From an uncultured Bacteroidota bacterium (GTDB taxonomy: Bacteria; Bacteroidota; Bacteroidia; 2-12-FULL-35-15), in the NCBI GenBank assembly GCA_903847205.1, contig CAINDA010000065.1, forward strand, positions 67,929-131,928: a stretch of DNA of 64,000 nucleotides, written 5' to 3'. The position numbers were made by a program, and so were the translations under genes. Of the stretch, positions 47,632 through 57,217 are shown one piece after another. A model generated the notes under the pieces. The model saw only the letters and a list, made by a program, of their open reading frames with translations. It had not been told where the DNA came from and made no database searches. Numbering within the stretch: position 1 is the stretch's first letter; every line of letters starts with the position of its first letter.

Positions 47632-48485
47632 AAATTTTAATTACCGGCGTTAACGGTTTTGCAGGGAAGGTGCTGTATAAATATTTGTCCCAGCAGCATG
47701 AAGCTGCAGGGATATATAACAGCGGTAAGGCAATGTTTGGTAATTGTTTTAAAGTTGATTTAACAAAAGAAGCCGAAACAATTCAGGTTATTGGAAAGGC
47801 AGGCGGAGGTTCTATTGATGCTATTGTGCATTTGGCTTCACAGACAGCAAATACAGGCAATGTTAATGATCTTTCGGTGCTATTCAATAATGCAGCTATT
47901 TCAAAGAATATTGCTTTAGCAGCCAGAGAATATGCCGTTAAGCAATTTGTTAATTTATCAAGCTCCTCTGTCTATCCCAATATTGACGGTGTATTCCATG
48001 AAAATTCCAGTATAAACCCAGCGTTGAATTCTGACGGCATTTATGGGTTATCAAAATATAACAGCGAAGTGATTTTAGATTATTTTTTGTCTAAAACAGA
48101 AATTGAAATAACACATTTAAGAACCGCAATGATAATCGGCGAAGAAATGGAAAGTACACGTTTAATTCCCGTTATTGAAAATGAAATAGTAGAACATAAT
48201 ACAGTTACATTATTTGGAAAAGGTGAGCGCTTATTGAACTTAATCAGGGTGGAAAAGCTGGCTGAATATGTATCTTTTTTTTTAAGCCATCCATCTCATA
48301 ATATTGTTAATATAGCAGAAGAGTGCTTATCAGTATTTGATTTAGCTAAAAGGATAATTGTTCAAAAAGGGAATGCTGAAACTAAAATTATCTTGAAAGA
48401 AGAAGGAAACAGAAGTAAATTTATTTTGGATATACAAAAGTTGAAAAAAATAATGGCAAATAGCGTGAATCATGGAGAAAAATAA
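47628..48485 (+). CDS. NAD-dependent epimerase/dehydratase family protein
   Basis: MKILITGVNGFAGKVLYKYL Rossmann N-terminus and YGLSKYNSE YxxxK. Length is 285 aa with a 4-nt overlap with the ATP-grasp gene. Confidence 0.6.
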   Translation: MKILITGVNGFAGKVLYKYLSQQHEAAGIYNSGKAMFGNCFKVDLTKEAETIQVIGKAGGGSIDAIVHLASQTANTGNVNDLSVLFNNAAISKNIALAAREYAVKQFVNLSSSSVYPNIDGVFHENSSINPALNSDGIYGLSKYNSEVILDYFLSKTEIEITHLRTAMIIGEEMESTRLIPVIENEIVEHNTVTLFGKGERLLNLIRVEKLAEYVSFFLSHPSHNIVNIAEECLSVFDLAKRIIVQKGNAETKIILKEEGNRSKFILDIQKLKKIMANSVNHGEK

Positions 48486-48641
48486 TAATCTGTAAGTTAG
48501 GCAAAAAAGGTTAAATAAGGGACAGTTTTTGAATAGGCACATGATTTATAGTTTAGTTATTTGTTGATATAATTTATCCTTATACCTTTGATTCGATGAA
48601 TATTTTAATTCACCTGCTTCAATGTCGAAACAATTACCGTT

Positions 48642-50132
48642 ATGAAAAATTTCAAAAAAAAGTTTCAACTTTTATTCATTATATTTTTTATCAATACCTT
48701 TTTGACTTTTACAAAATGTGATGCCCAAAATAATGTCGGTATTGGTACGACTACACCTGCACCATCTGCTTTATTAGATATAGATGCAAGTCCAGCAAAT
48801 GATAAAGGAATACTTATTCCAAGGATGAATACAGGGCAGATGAATGCTATTGTCTCCCCAGCAAATGGGTTATTAATTTATAATACGGATTGTAATGTGT
48901 TCGATTATTGGAACGGCTCAGCTTGGATCCCTTTTCCTTTCTCTGGCATAGGCCCTCCACAGCCTAGCACGATTACTGGCATGAGCCCTGTTTGTTTAGC
49001 TCAAAACGGAGTTGTTTATTCTGTTATCAATGTGAGCGGTGTAACGTACTCATGGACCTATTCTGGTACAGGCTTCACCTGCTCTTCAGGATGCACAAGC
49101 AATACCATAACAGCCGCCTTTTCTGCTTCAGCAACTTCCGGTATTCTCACCGTTACACCAAGCAGTGCCTGTGCTGTTGGCACACCCCAAACCTTTAATA
49201 TTACTGTGAATGGCCTTCCTACTGCTGCCAACGCAGGAGCTGATATAAATCCGGCATGCAGTGTAAGCAATACTACGTTAGCCGGAAATCCACCAATAAT
49301 TGGTACAGGTTCATGGTCGGTAGTATCTGGTACGGCCTCCATCACTACCCCAGGTTCTCCTTCATCTGGGGTCACAGGATTGGCAGTGCCTGGCATAGCT
49401 ACCTTGCGGTGGACAATTTCCAATGCTCCCTGCACCTCGTCAACTGATGATGTTGTTATTACAACTACCTCATGCGGATCCACTTGCGGCTTACAAACAT
49501 TTGCATCAGCTAATTTAAATGTTGGTGTCATGGTAACCAGCGATGGTTCACATACTGCACAGCAGCAAACCAATAACGGTGTTGTCGAAAAATACTGTTA
49601 TAACAACGTGACTGCCAATTGTGCCATTTACGGCGGTTTTTATGAATGGCCAGAAGCAATGAGCTACTCTGCTTCTATTAACTGCGATCCTTGCGGAAGC
49701 AGCGGTGTTCAGGGGATATGTCCTTCAGGTTTGCATATACCGACCGATTTAGAATTTAGCCGCTATGAATATTGCTTAGAAAATACTATTGCGCCGACTG
49801 GAAACACAACTTTGTCAGATTTTCAGACTTTAACAAGCTGGCGCGGCACTAATTCAACAGCAGGACCGGGGGCGAAAATGAAAGTAACAAACAGTAACTC
49901 TCCCGCATGGGATGGCACCAATGCCAGCGGTTTCTCGGCACTTCCCGGAGGATTTCGAACGAGCTCAAATGGTGCGTTCTCAACTATGGGCTTATACTCG
50001 CTCTTCTGGAGTGCATCGGAGAATAGTGGTATTGATGCTTGGGCTCGTCGTCAAACTACAGGCAGCGGGCAGTCCGATCGGGGGCTGGGAACAAAAACAG
50101 GTGGTTTTCAGGTTCGTTGTCTGTACGATTGA
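48642..50132 (+). CDS. Secreted protein with C-terminal Fibrobacter succinogenes major paralogous (FISUMP) domain
   Basis: It has a signal peptide and a central Ig/PKD-like Thr/Ser-rich region. The C-terminus FSALPGGFRTSSNGAFSTMGLYSLFWSASENSGIDAWARRQ...GGFQVRCLYD has the YWSS...A..R....SVRC-type signature of the Fib_succ_major domain. The 171-aa antisense ORF 49058..49573 is spurious. Confidence 0.6.
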   Translation: MKNFKKKFQLLFIIFFINTFLTFTKCDAQNNVGIGTTTPAPSALLDIDASPANDKGILIPRMNTGQMNAIVSPANGLLIYNTDCNVFDYWNGSAWIPFPFSGIGPPQPSTITGMSPVCLAQNGVVYSVINVSGVTYSWTYSGTGFTCSSGCTSNTITAAFSASATSGILTVTPSSACAVGTPQTFNITVNGLPTAANAGADINPACSVSNTTLAGNPPIIGTGSWSVVSGTASITTPGSPSSGVTGLAVPGIATLRWTISNAPCTSSTDDVVITTTSCGSTCGLQTFASANLNVGVMVTSDGSHTAQQQTNNGVVEKYCYNNVTANCAIYGGFYEWPEAMSYSASINCDPCGSSGVQGICPSGLHIPTDLEFSRYEYCLENTIAPTGNTTLSDFQTLTSWRGTNSTAGPGAKMKVTNSNSPAWDGTNASGFSALPGGFRTSSNGAFSTMGLYSLFWSASENSGIDAWARRQTTGSGQSDRGLGTKTGGFQVRCLYD

Positions 50133-50214
50133 TTAGTTAACAATTTGCCTCAAAATTGAGGTTTGTAATTCTTGAAATTATCTATCCTAGATTTGAATTG
50201 ATATTTAATCAAAA

Positions 50215-50757
50215 ATGTTTAAGCACCTAAAATTCATTCTGTTTTATCCTAAAATAGGACCAGATATGTACTTAACACATTGGCTTTTGTTTTTTAAACC
50301 TTTTCGTATGTGGTTTCAAAAATATAAAATTGGGAGCATTGGGTCCAACTCTGAAATAAGGCCTTATTGCACAATTATAGGAACCCAAAATGTAGTTATC
50401 GGAAATAATGTTATTATTCCCAATGGGACGACGTTATGTAATTTACCTGGAGATAAAAAATCATTTATTTATATTGAGGATGATGTGCTGCTTGGACCTA
50501 ATGTGGCTATTTACAGCAGTACACATAATTTTCAGAATATAGAAATTCCTATAAAAAATCAAGGTTACAAAACTGCCGAAACACGTTTAAAAAAAGGATG
50601 CTGGGTGGGAATTAATTCTGTGATATTACCGGGTGTTACAATTGGAAAAAATAGCGTTGTAGGTGCTAATTCTGTAGTAAATATAGATGTGCCGGATTTT
50701 GCCGTTGTCGCCGGTGCTCCAGCCAAAATAATAAAATATATCAATGATCCTAAATAG
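50215..50757 (+). CDS. Hexapeptide-repeat (left-handed beta-helix) sugar acetyltransferase (LegH/PseH/WbpD-like role plausible)
   Basis: Consecutive [LIV]GxxxxI hexads: IGNNVIIPNGTTL, VLLGPNVAIYSS, CWVGINSVILPGVTIGKNSVVGANSVV. The true start may be an internal Met. Confidence 0.7.
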   Translation: MFKHLKFILFYPKIGPDMYLTHWLLFFKPFRMWFQKYKIGSIGSNSEIRPYCTIIGTQNVVIGNNVIIPNGTTLCNLPGDKKSFIYIEDDVLLGPNVAIYSSTHNFQNIEIPIKNQGYKTAETRLKKGCWVGINSVILPGVTIGKNSVVGANSVVNIDVPDFAVVAGAPAKIIKYINDPK

Positions 50758-51778
50758 AAACAAAGTATTTATAATAGCCGAAGCAGGCGTTAATCATAAC
50801 GGAAGCATGGATATGGCTGTAAAGTTGATTGACGCAGCAATTAATGCAAAGGTTGATGCAGTAAAATTTCAGACCTTTATTGCCGAAAATGTAATTTCAA
50901 AATACGCTGAAAAAGCCGACTATCAGAAGGAATCCACTGGTGAAAACGAAAGTCAGCTGGATATGGTTAAGAAACTTCAATTGAGTTTCAAAAATTTTAC
51001 TGAATTAAAAATGTATTGCGATTCAAAAGGAATAATGTTTCTTTCTACTCCGTTTGATATGGCCAGTGTTGATTTCTTAGCCACATTAAAAATGGGATTG
51101 TGGAAAATTCCCTCCGGCGAAATTACTAATATGCCCTATCTGCAAAAAATTGGGAGTTTTAATGAGGAAGTTATTTTCTCTACGGGTATGTCAACTTTAG
51201 GCGATATAGAAAATGCATTAAAAATATTAATTGATGCTGGTACATCAAAAGAAAAAATTACAGTACTGCATTGCAATACAGAATATCCTACCCCGATGAT
51301 TGATGTAAATTTAAAGGCGATGTTAACCATTAAAGGAGCATTTGATATTAACATAGGTTATTCTGATCATACCTTAGGAATTGAAGTGGCCATCGCAGCA
51401 GCGGCTTTAGGAGCAAATGTTATTGAAAAACATTTTACATTGGACAAGTCACTTCCTGGACCGGATCACAAAGCATCATTAGAACCTCAGGAATTAAAAG
51501 CGATGACGGCAGCAATAAGAAATACTGAACTGGCTTTAGGAAGCAGAGTAAAATTGCCGACATCTTCAGAAAAAAAGAATATTAACATAGCCCGCAAAAG
51601 TATTCATTTAGCAAAAAATATCACAAAAGGGGCAGTTATTACAACTGATGATTTAATTATTAAACGTCCTGGAAATGGGATAAGTCCGATGTTTTTAAAT
51701 GAAATTATAGGCTGCGTTGTAAAGCATGATCTCACCGAGGACAGCATTTTAAATTTCAAAGATATAGAATGGAAATAG
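50744..51778 (+). CDS. Nonulosonic acid synthase (NeuB/LegI/PseI family, with C-terminal SAF domain)
   Basis: VFIIAEAGVNHNGSMDMAVKLIDAA is the NeuB N-terminal signature. It also has KFQTF, YSDHTLG and a SAF-domain C-terminus. Length is 344 aa. Confidence 0.8.
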   Translation: MILNRNKVFIIAEAGVNHNGSMDMAVKLIDAAINAKVDAVKFQTFIAENVISKYAEKADYQKESTGENESQLDMVKKLQLSFKNFTELKMYCDSKGIMFLSTPFDMASVDFLATLKMGLWKIPSGEITNMPYLQKIGSFNEEVIFSTGMSTLGDIENALKILIDAGTSKEKITVLHCNTEYPTPMIDVNLKAMLTIKGAFDINIGYSDHTLGIEVAIAAAALGANVIEKHFTLDKSLPGPDHKASLEPQELKAMTAAIRNTELALGSRVKLPTSSEKKNINIARKSIHLAKNITKGAVITTDDLIIKRPGNGISPMFLNEIIGCVVKHDLTEDSILNFKDIEWK

Positions 51779-52878
51779 CAATTTTAACCAGTTCGCGCGC
51801 CGATTTTGGTTTTTACAAGCCCTTGCTAAATCGTTTAAATAAACAAAAATCGATTAAAGCAAAACTGGTTGTTTTTGGAACTCATCTTTCTAAAAAACAT
51901 GGTTATACCATTGATGATATAAGAAACTCCGGTTATAAAATATTTTCAGAAATAGATGTTATCCCTGCGGGTGACAAGCCTCAAGATATTTCTAAATTAA
52001 TAGGTAAAGCGCATTTGAAATTTGGCGAATTTTGGAAACAAAATAAATTTGATTTGATTTTATGTCTTGGCGATAGATATGAAATGTTTGGGGCTGTGTC
52101 TGCATCTGTGCCTTTTAATATACATGTTGTTCATATCAGCGGCGGTGAAGAAACTTTAGGAGCGATTGATAATATCTACAGGCATTCACTTTCTTTAATC
52201 GCAAAATATCATTTTACCAATACTAAAAAAAATGCAGAGAGAGTGAAGCAGATTAAAAATTCGTCAAAAAATATTTATCATACTGGTTCAATGGCAGTTG
52301 ATAATATCAATGCTACTGAATTATATAATGCCAAAAATTTCCAAAAAAAATTTAATTTTAATATTGCTGAACCCTTTATACTCTTTACGTTTCATCCTGA
52401 AACTGTAAACTATGCAAACAATGAATCTTATTCTTCAATTATTAAAGAAACACTGCTCAGTTTAAATACAAATGTGCTTGTAACAATGCCTAACGCAGAT
52501 ACAATGGGTGATGTGATCAGAAAACAATTACACGAAGCAGCCACAGAAAATAAAAGGATTCACCTTTTTGAATCATTGGGTTCTAAGGGCTATTACACTG
52601 CTTTAAAAAATTGTGATTTTGTATTAGGAAATTCATCAAGCGGCATTGTTGAAGCGGCATCATTTGGTAAATATGTAATTGACTTGGGCAGTCGTCAGCA
52701 GGGAAGGGAAACCGGGAAAAATGTAATTCAATGCAAAATAAATAAAGATAAAATTCTCATAGCAGTTAAACAATTAAGAGTTTTACCTAAATTTAGTACT
52801 AAAAATATTTATGGTGATGGAGATGCGAGCGGTAAAATTTTCGCTCTGTTAAAAAAAATTGAAGCTGGACTAATCTAA
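51769..52878 (+). CDS. UDP/GDP-N-acetylhexosamine 2-epimerase, hydrolysing (NeuC/LegG family)
   Basis: MEIAILTSSRADFGFYKPLL, GDRYEMFGAV and HISGGE are NeuC blocks. Length is 369 aa. Confidence 0.8.
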   Translation: MEIAILTSSRADFGFYKPLLNRLNKQKSIKAKLVVFGTHLSKKHGYTIDDIRNSGYKIFSEIDVIPAGDKPQDISKLIGKAHLKFGEFWKQNKFDLILCLGDRYEMFGAVSASVPFNIHVVHISGGEETLGAIDNIYRHSLSLIAKYHFTNTKKNAERVKQIKNSSKNIYHTGSMAVDNINATELYNAKNFQKKFNFNIAEPFILFTFHPETVNYANNESYSSIIKETLLSLNTNVLVTMPNADTMGDVIRKQLHEAATENKRIHLFESLGSKGYYTALKNCDFVLGNSSSGIVEAASFGKYVIDLGSRQQGRETGKNVIQCKINKDKILIAVKQLRVLPKFSTKNIYGDGDASGKIFALLKKIEAGLI

Positions 52879-52887
52879 ATTTTATTC

Positions 52888-53940
52888 ATGACAGATTTTA
52901 ATAAATACATATTTCCTGAAACGGGTACAGCCCGCGAAGCACTGCAGTTAATTAATAAAATAGGCATTCCCAATATGGCTGTTTTTATTGTTAATGAAAA
53001 TCAGCAGTTAGTTGGATCATTGACTGACGGCGATATCCGGCGCGGTTTATTGAACGGGATTACTATTGATGCTCTGGTAGGTAAATTTATGAATCCTTCA
53101 AGCAAAAGTTTTGAAGACGGCGGAAACAATTTTGAAAAAGTAAATAAATATAAGGCTGCCGGAATACGTTTTATTCCTGTGATTGATGAAAATAAAAAAA
53201 TTGTAAGGGTTGTCGATCTCGAGAAGCTGCGTTCTATAATTCCTGCAGATGCGGTATTGATGGCCGGAGGGAAGGGAGAAAGGCTGAAACCATATACTGA
53301 TACTACTCCTAAACCAATGCTGAAAATTGGCGATAAGCCTATTATTGTGAGGAACCTTGAACGGCTTGCGAATTATGGTATAAGCAATTTTCATATTTCA
53401 GTGCGTCACATGGCCGATCAGATTGAAAATGGCATTAAAGAATATAAAATTGATAATAGTTTATTAAATTTTGTAAAAGAAGAAAAACCCCTTGGGACAA
53501 TTGGTTCCGTTAAGTTAATCAAAACATTTATATATGATACAATCCTGCTGATGAACGCGGATTTGCTTACTAATATTGATTTTCAAGATTTTTACAAAAA
53601 ATTTCTCGAATCGGGAGCCGACATGCAGGTGGCTACTATTCCCTATAACATTGATGTTCCTTACGCCATAATGGATATAAGCGATAAAAATGAAGTACTG
53701 TCTTTTAGCGAAAAGCCCCGTTATACATATTATTCGAATGCAGGAATTTATGTATTCAAAAAAGAATTAGTGAGTTTGATTCCTGATAATGATGTGTTTG
53801 ATGCTACTCATTTTATGGAAGCAGTAATCGCCTCCAAGAAAAAATTAACATCCTATCCAATTTTAGGATATTGGCTGGATATAGGCCGTATAGAGGATTT
53901 TTACAAAGCACAGGAGGATGTTAAACATATTTATTTCTGA
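52888..53940 (+). CDS. CBS-pair + sugar-phosphate nucleotidyltransferase (PtmE-like)
   Basis: The N-terminal ~110 aa contain two CBS motifs. Then comes an NTP-transferase core AVLMAGGKGERLKPYTDTTPKPMLKIGDKPII. This matches the architecture of C. jejuni PtmE in the legionaminic acid pathway. Confidence 0.6.
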   Translation: MTDFNKYIFPETGTAREALQLINKIGIPNMAVFIVNENQQLVGSLTDGDIRRGLLNGITIDALVGKFMNPSSKSFEDGGNNFEKVNKYKAAGIRFIPVIDENKKIVRVVDLEKLRSIIPADAVLMAGGKGERLKPYTDTTPKPMLKIGDKPIIVRNLERLANYGISNFHISVRHMADQIENGIKEYKIDNSLLNFVKEEKPLGTIGSVKLIKTFIYDTILLMNADLLTNIDFQDFYKKFLESGADMQVATIPYNIDVPYAIMDISDKNEVLSFSEKPRYTYYSNAGIYVFKKELVSLIPDNDVFDATHFMEAVIASKKKLTSYPILGYWLDIGRIEDFYKAQEDVKHIYF

Positions 53941-54623
53941 TGAAAATTTTATATATCATACCTGCACGCGGGGGGAGTAAGGGACTTCCTGGCAAAAACA
54001 TTCGTGTATTAAATGGTAAACCGTTGATTGCTCATAGCATTGCAGCAGCTCAAAATTCGCATCATCATGGAACTATCCTCGTTAGCACGGATGATGAAAA
54101 AATAGCGGCTATTTCAAAAGAATACGGTGCTGAAGTTCCCTTTCTGCGCCCTGCTCAATTGGCCTCTGATACAGCTTCTTCAATTGATGTGCTTTTTCAT
54201 GCACTGGTTTTTTACAGTGCTCAAAACATAACATTTGATAGTATTGTTTTGTTACAGCCGACATCACCGCTGCGGACTTCCAAAGATATTGATGCGGCAA
54301 TTGAATTAATGATTAAAAAAAATGCAGAAGCAATTGTATCAGTATGCGAAGCCGAACATCACCCGCTTTGGGCAAATACATTACCTGAAGATGGCTGTAT
54401 GAAAGATTTTATCCGTGAAGAAATAAAAGGATTAAACCGGCAGCAGCTGCCAAAATATTATCGGTTGAACGGAGCAGTTTATATTTCCACCATTTCTGCA
54501 TTAAATAAGTACAAAGATTTTTTACATGAAAAAACGTTTGCTTATGTTATGCCTGCAGAACGTTCAGTAGATATTGACCACGAAATAGATTTCAAATTAG
54601 CAGAGCTTCTGCTGAAGGAATAA
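53940..54623 (+). CDS. CMP-nonulosonic acid synthetase (acylneuraminate cytidylyltransferase family, NeuA/LegF-like)
   Basis: MKILYIIPARGGSKGLPGKNIRVLNGKPLIAHSI is the CMP-sugar synthetase P-loop-like signature. Length is 227 aa. Confidence 0.8.
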   Translation: MKILYIIPARGGSKGLPGKNIRVLNGKPLIAHSIAAAQNSHHHGTILVSTDDEKIAAISKEYGAEVPFLRPAQLASDTASSIDVLFHALVFYSAQNITFDSIVLLQPTSPLRTSKDIDAAIELMIKKNAEAIVSVCEAEHHPLWANTLPEDGCMKDFIREEIKGLNRQQLPKYYRLNGAVYISTISALNKYKDFLHEKTFAYVMPAERSVDIDHEIDFKLAELLLKE

Positions 54624-54641
54624 TTATTGTTGAAACAATCC

Positions 54642-55517
54642 TTATTTTAATTTAATCCGCTCAAACGCATCAATAAAGGAAATCTCACTGGCATTATATA
54701 TTTTGCAATTAAGTTTTGCTGCATAATGGTTTAAAATAAAGTAAGCAGAGAATGTCCTGCTCCAGATATCAAAAAATTCATGTGCTTTTTGTGTTCCTTT
54801 ATCAGGATAAGCTTTTAGAAAGGGGACAAATTTTATTTCCTTTTCATTTTCAAAAAAGTGAGCCACTTTTGTGTAAAGAATATTTTCGTCGCTCATGTGC
54901 AGATTCTCATGCCAGGTATGATCAGCACCGACTAAATAAATTTCTTTATACTTCATATTTATCCCTAAAAACAGTGCAGCTATAGTAACATTTAAACTTT
55001 GAGGCATTGCCAGGTCACTTTTGTAAAACCGTTCTGCAAGGCTCGGGAACCCTTTAAATACTGTATAGTTGAAAGGAGTCAAAATTATGCTGCTGTTTTT
55101 TTTTTGTAATTCAATAAAAATAGGCTGATTCATTGCGCGTTTCGGCACCATTAAATTCAAAGGCCAATTTGTTTTTTCTTGAAGGCTTTTGAAAGTTGCT
55201 GCAATAGCCTCATTCGTCCCTTTCCAAAAGAAAGGATCAAGTATAACATAATATTTTGGTTTTAGTGTTTCAAACTCCGGTGTTAAAGCAAAAGTATTTA
55301 CGCAGATAAGCGGATACTGTTTAAATAATTCAGGATGTTTTTCAAGGGAAGCTTTAAGTGAGGGACCATTCGCCAATACAATGCATCTTTCGCTTTTTGC
55401 CTTTGGAAGATGAAGCCCGAATTTGGACTGTACAAGGATTTTTAAAACAGACAGAAAAGTATTTACGCTTTGCGATATAAAATTCACTAAATTTTTATAG
55501 GCTGCTTCCGCTGTCAT
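54642..55517 (-). CDS. DUF115 / MptE-like (motility-accessory-factor-like) protein, candidate nonulosonic-acid glycosyltransferase
   Basis: CIVLANGPSLK is the glycine-rich GNGPSL-type motif of the DUF115/Maf family. YLVGADHTW appears later. Length is 291 aa. It is convergent with the CMP-sugar synthetase gene. Confidence 0.4.
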   Translation of the reverse strand: MTAEAAYKNLVNFISQSVNTFLSVLKILVQSKFGLHLPKAKSERCIVLANGPSLKASLEKHPELFKQYPLICVNTFALTPEFETLKPKYYVILDPFFWKGTNEAIAATFKSLQEKTNWPLNLMVPKRAMNQPIFIELQKKNSSIILTPFNYTVFKGFPSLAERFYKSDLAMPQSLNVTIAALFLGINMKYKEIYLVGADHTWHENLHMSDENILYTKVAHFFENEKEIKFVPFLKAYPDKGTQKAHEFFDIWSRTFSAYFILNHYAAKLNCKIYNASEISFIDAFERIKLK

Positions 55518-55689
55518 TTGGTTTAAATATTTTTACAAATGTAATTATAATCATTAAAAACTGATTTCCAATTTACCCAATAATAAATCAGCCCTTCTCC
55601 AGCCATGCCGCAATAGTAATTTCAAATACTGAAGATTGTTATTTTTTGCTAATTTTGACATCTGCTTATTCAAATTAAAAAGATTATTA

Positions 55690-56385
55690 ATGAAAAGTAA
55701 ATTACCAAGACCGATCGTCGATTTAGCTAAAAAAGTGGTTATCCCCATTTTAAGAAACCGCTGGAAAAAAAATCCTATTGTAGCTGAATGGGTTAAGAAA
55801 GGCTATATTGATGATAAGGAAATAGATTTTATTGTGTTGAATTGGCATAAATGGAATGCACCGACTCCGCCTCCTCATAAAATAAAACAACTTACTGTTG
55901 CTGAATTCGGCAAAAAATATAAATGCAGAATATTGGTTGAAACCGGCACTTTCCGAGGAGATATGATGGAAGCTCAGAAAAATAATTTTGATAAATTATA
56001 TTCCGTTGAACTAAGCATTGAATACTGGGAAAAAGCAAAACAGCGTTTTAAAAGTGATTCACGGATTAATTTAATTCAGGGCGACAGCGGTGAAGTGCTT
56101 CCGAAACTTGTTCCGACACTGGAACAGCCTGCATTATTTTGGTTAGACGGTCATTACTGCGGGAGCTCAACTGCTTTGAGTGCTGTGGAGTGCCCTATTT
56201 ATGCAGAAATTGATGCGGTTTTTAAAAATAATAAGGGACACGTAATGCTTATTGATGATGCCCGTTTATTTATAGGAGAGCATGATTACCCGACAATTCC
56301 TGAGTTAACTCAATATGTTAAAAAAATAAATCCGGATTATTCCGTTACTGTTGTTGACGACATGATTAGAGTTGTGAAATCTTAG
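55690..56385 (+). CDS. Class I SAM-dependent methyltransferase, TylF/MycF/CmcI-like (sugar O-methyltransferase candidate)
   Basis: ILVETGTFRGDMMEA is the SAM motif and LFWLDGHY a metal/active-site-like block. The ORF track starts at 55636, but Met19 (55690, MKSKLPRP) is a more plausible start. Confidence 0.5.
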   Translation: MKSKLPRPIVDLAKKVVIPILRNRWKKNPIVAEWVKKGYIDDKEIDFIVLNWHKWNAPTPPPHKIKQLTVAEFGKKYKCRILVETGTFRGDMMEAQKNNFDKLYSVELSIEYWEKAKQRFKSDSRINLIQGDSGEVLPKLVPTLEQPALFWLDGHYCGSSTALSAVECPIYAEIDAVFKNNKGHVMLIDDARLFIGEHDYPTIPELTQYVKKINPDYSVTVVDDMIRVVKS

Positions 56386-56404
56386 CAAATTTAATGAAGA
56401 CAAA

Positions 56405-57136
56405 ATGATCAACGTAGAACGTATCACAAAAAAAATATTTCAAAATTTCGGACTGCTTATTCGTAAGTACAATGCCGCTACCAGTGAAGAACTCAGACGC
56501 ATTAAACTTTTGGAGCATTACAACATTGATTTGGTTTTTGATATCGGTGCAAACAAAGGCCAATATGCTACCGGTATCATTGATGCCGGTTATGCCCATA
56601 AAATAGTTTCATTTGAGCCTTTATCTTCTGTTTACAAAATAATTGAAGCTGAAAGCAAAAAGTATGAAAATTGGACTGTTGCACCGCGCTGCGCTATCGG
56701 CAGTAAAAAGGAAGAAATTGAAATTAATATTTCTGCAAATTCGGTAAGCAGTACTTTGCTGAATATGCTGGATTCACACTATCAAGGCGCCCCCGACTCA
56801 AAAATTATCGGTAAAGAAAAAGTACAGGTATATCCATTAGATGAAATAGGACTGGAATACAGCAAATCCGCAAAAAATATTTTTTTTAAAATTGATGTGC
56901 AAGGGTTTGAGCAGGAGGTGTTGAAAGGGGCGCAGACAATGATTGCTAGCGCAAAAGGAATTGAAATGGAAATTTCATTGCTGCCATTATATGAAAATCA
57001 AAATTGGTTATTGCCGCAGGTCTTGGAATATATGGAACAAACCGGATTTCAACTAAACAGTATTGCGCCGGCATTTACTGATAATAAAACGGGTGTGGTG
57101 CTGCAATGCAACGGCATATTTTTTAGAAAAAAATAA
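56405..57136 (+). CDS. FkbM family methyltransferase
   Basis: LVFDIGANKGQYATGII and FKIDVQGFEQEVLKGA are the two FkbM-domain signatures. Length is 243 aa. Confidence 0.8.
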   Translation: MINVERITKKIFQNFGLLIRKYNAATSEELRRIKLLEHYNIDLVFDIGANKGQYATGIIDAGYAHKIVSFEPLSSVYKIIEAESKKYENWTVAPRCAIGSKKEEIEINISANSVSSTLLNMLDSHYQGAPDSKIIGKEKVQVYPLDEIGLEYSKSAKNIFFKIDVQGFEQEVLKGAQTMIASAKGIEMEISLLPLYENQNWLLPQVLEYMEQTGFQLNSIAPAFTDNKTGVVLQCNGIFFRKK

Positions 57137-57167
57137 AAGTTTACAATTTTAATGAATAAAAAAATGC

Positions 57168-57198
57168 AGCTGATCGGCTGCATTTTTTATTGATTTAA
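57168..57198. terminator. Bidirectional terminator between convergent genes
   Basis: AAAAAAATGCAGC-TGATCG-GCTGCATTTTTT has a 7-bp stem flanked by an A-run and a T-run. It lies between 56405..57136 (+) and 57218..58297 (-). Confidence 0.55.
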
Positions 57199-57217
57199 TA
57201 AAGTTTGAATTTAAAAA

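Noticed and set aside
49058-49573. 171-aa antisense ORF inside the FISUMP protein gene
   Set aside because: It is antisense to a long ORF with signal peptide and domain signature. It is Ala/Val/Pro-rich, typical of the reverse strand of Thr/Ser/Gly-rich coding sequence.
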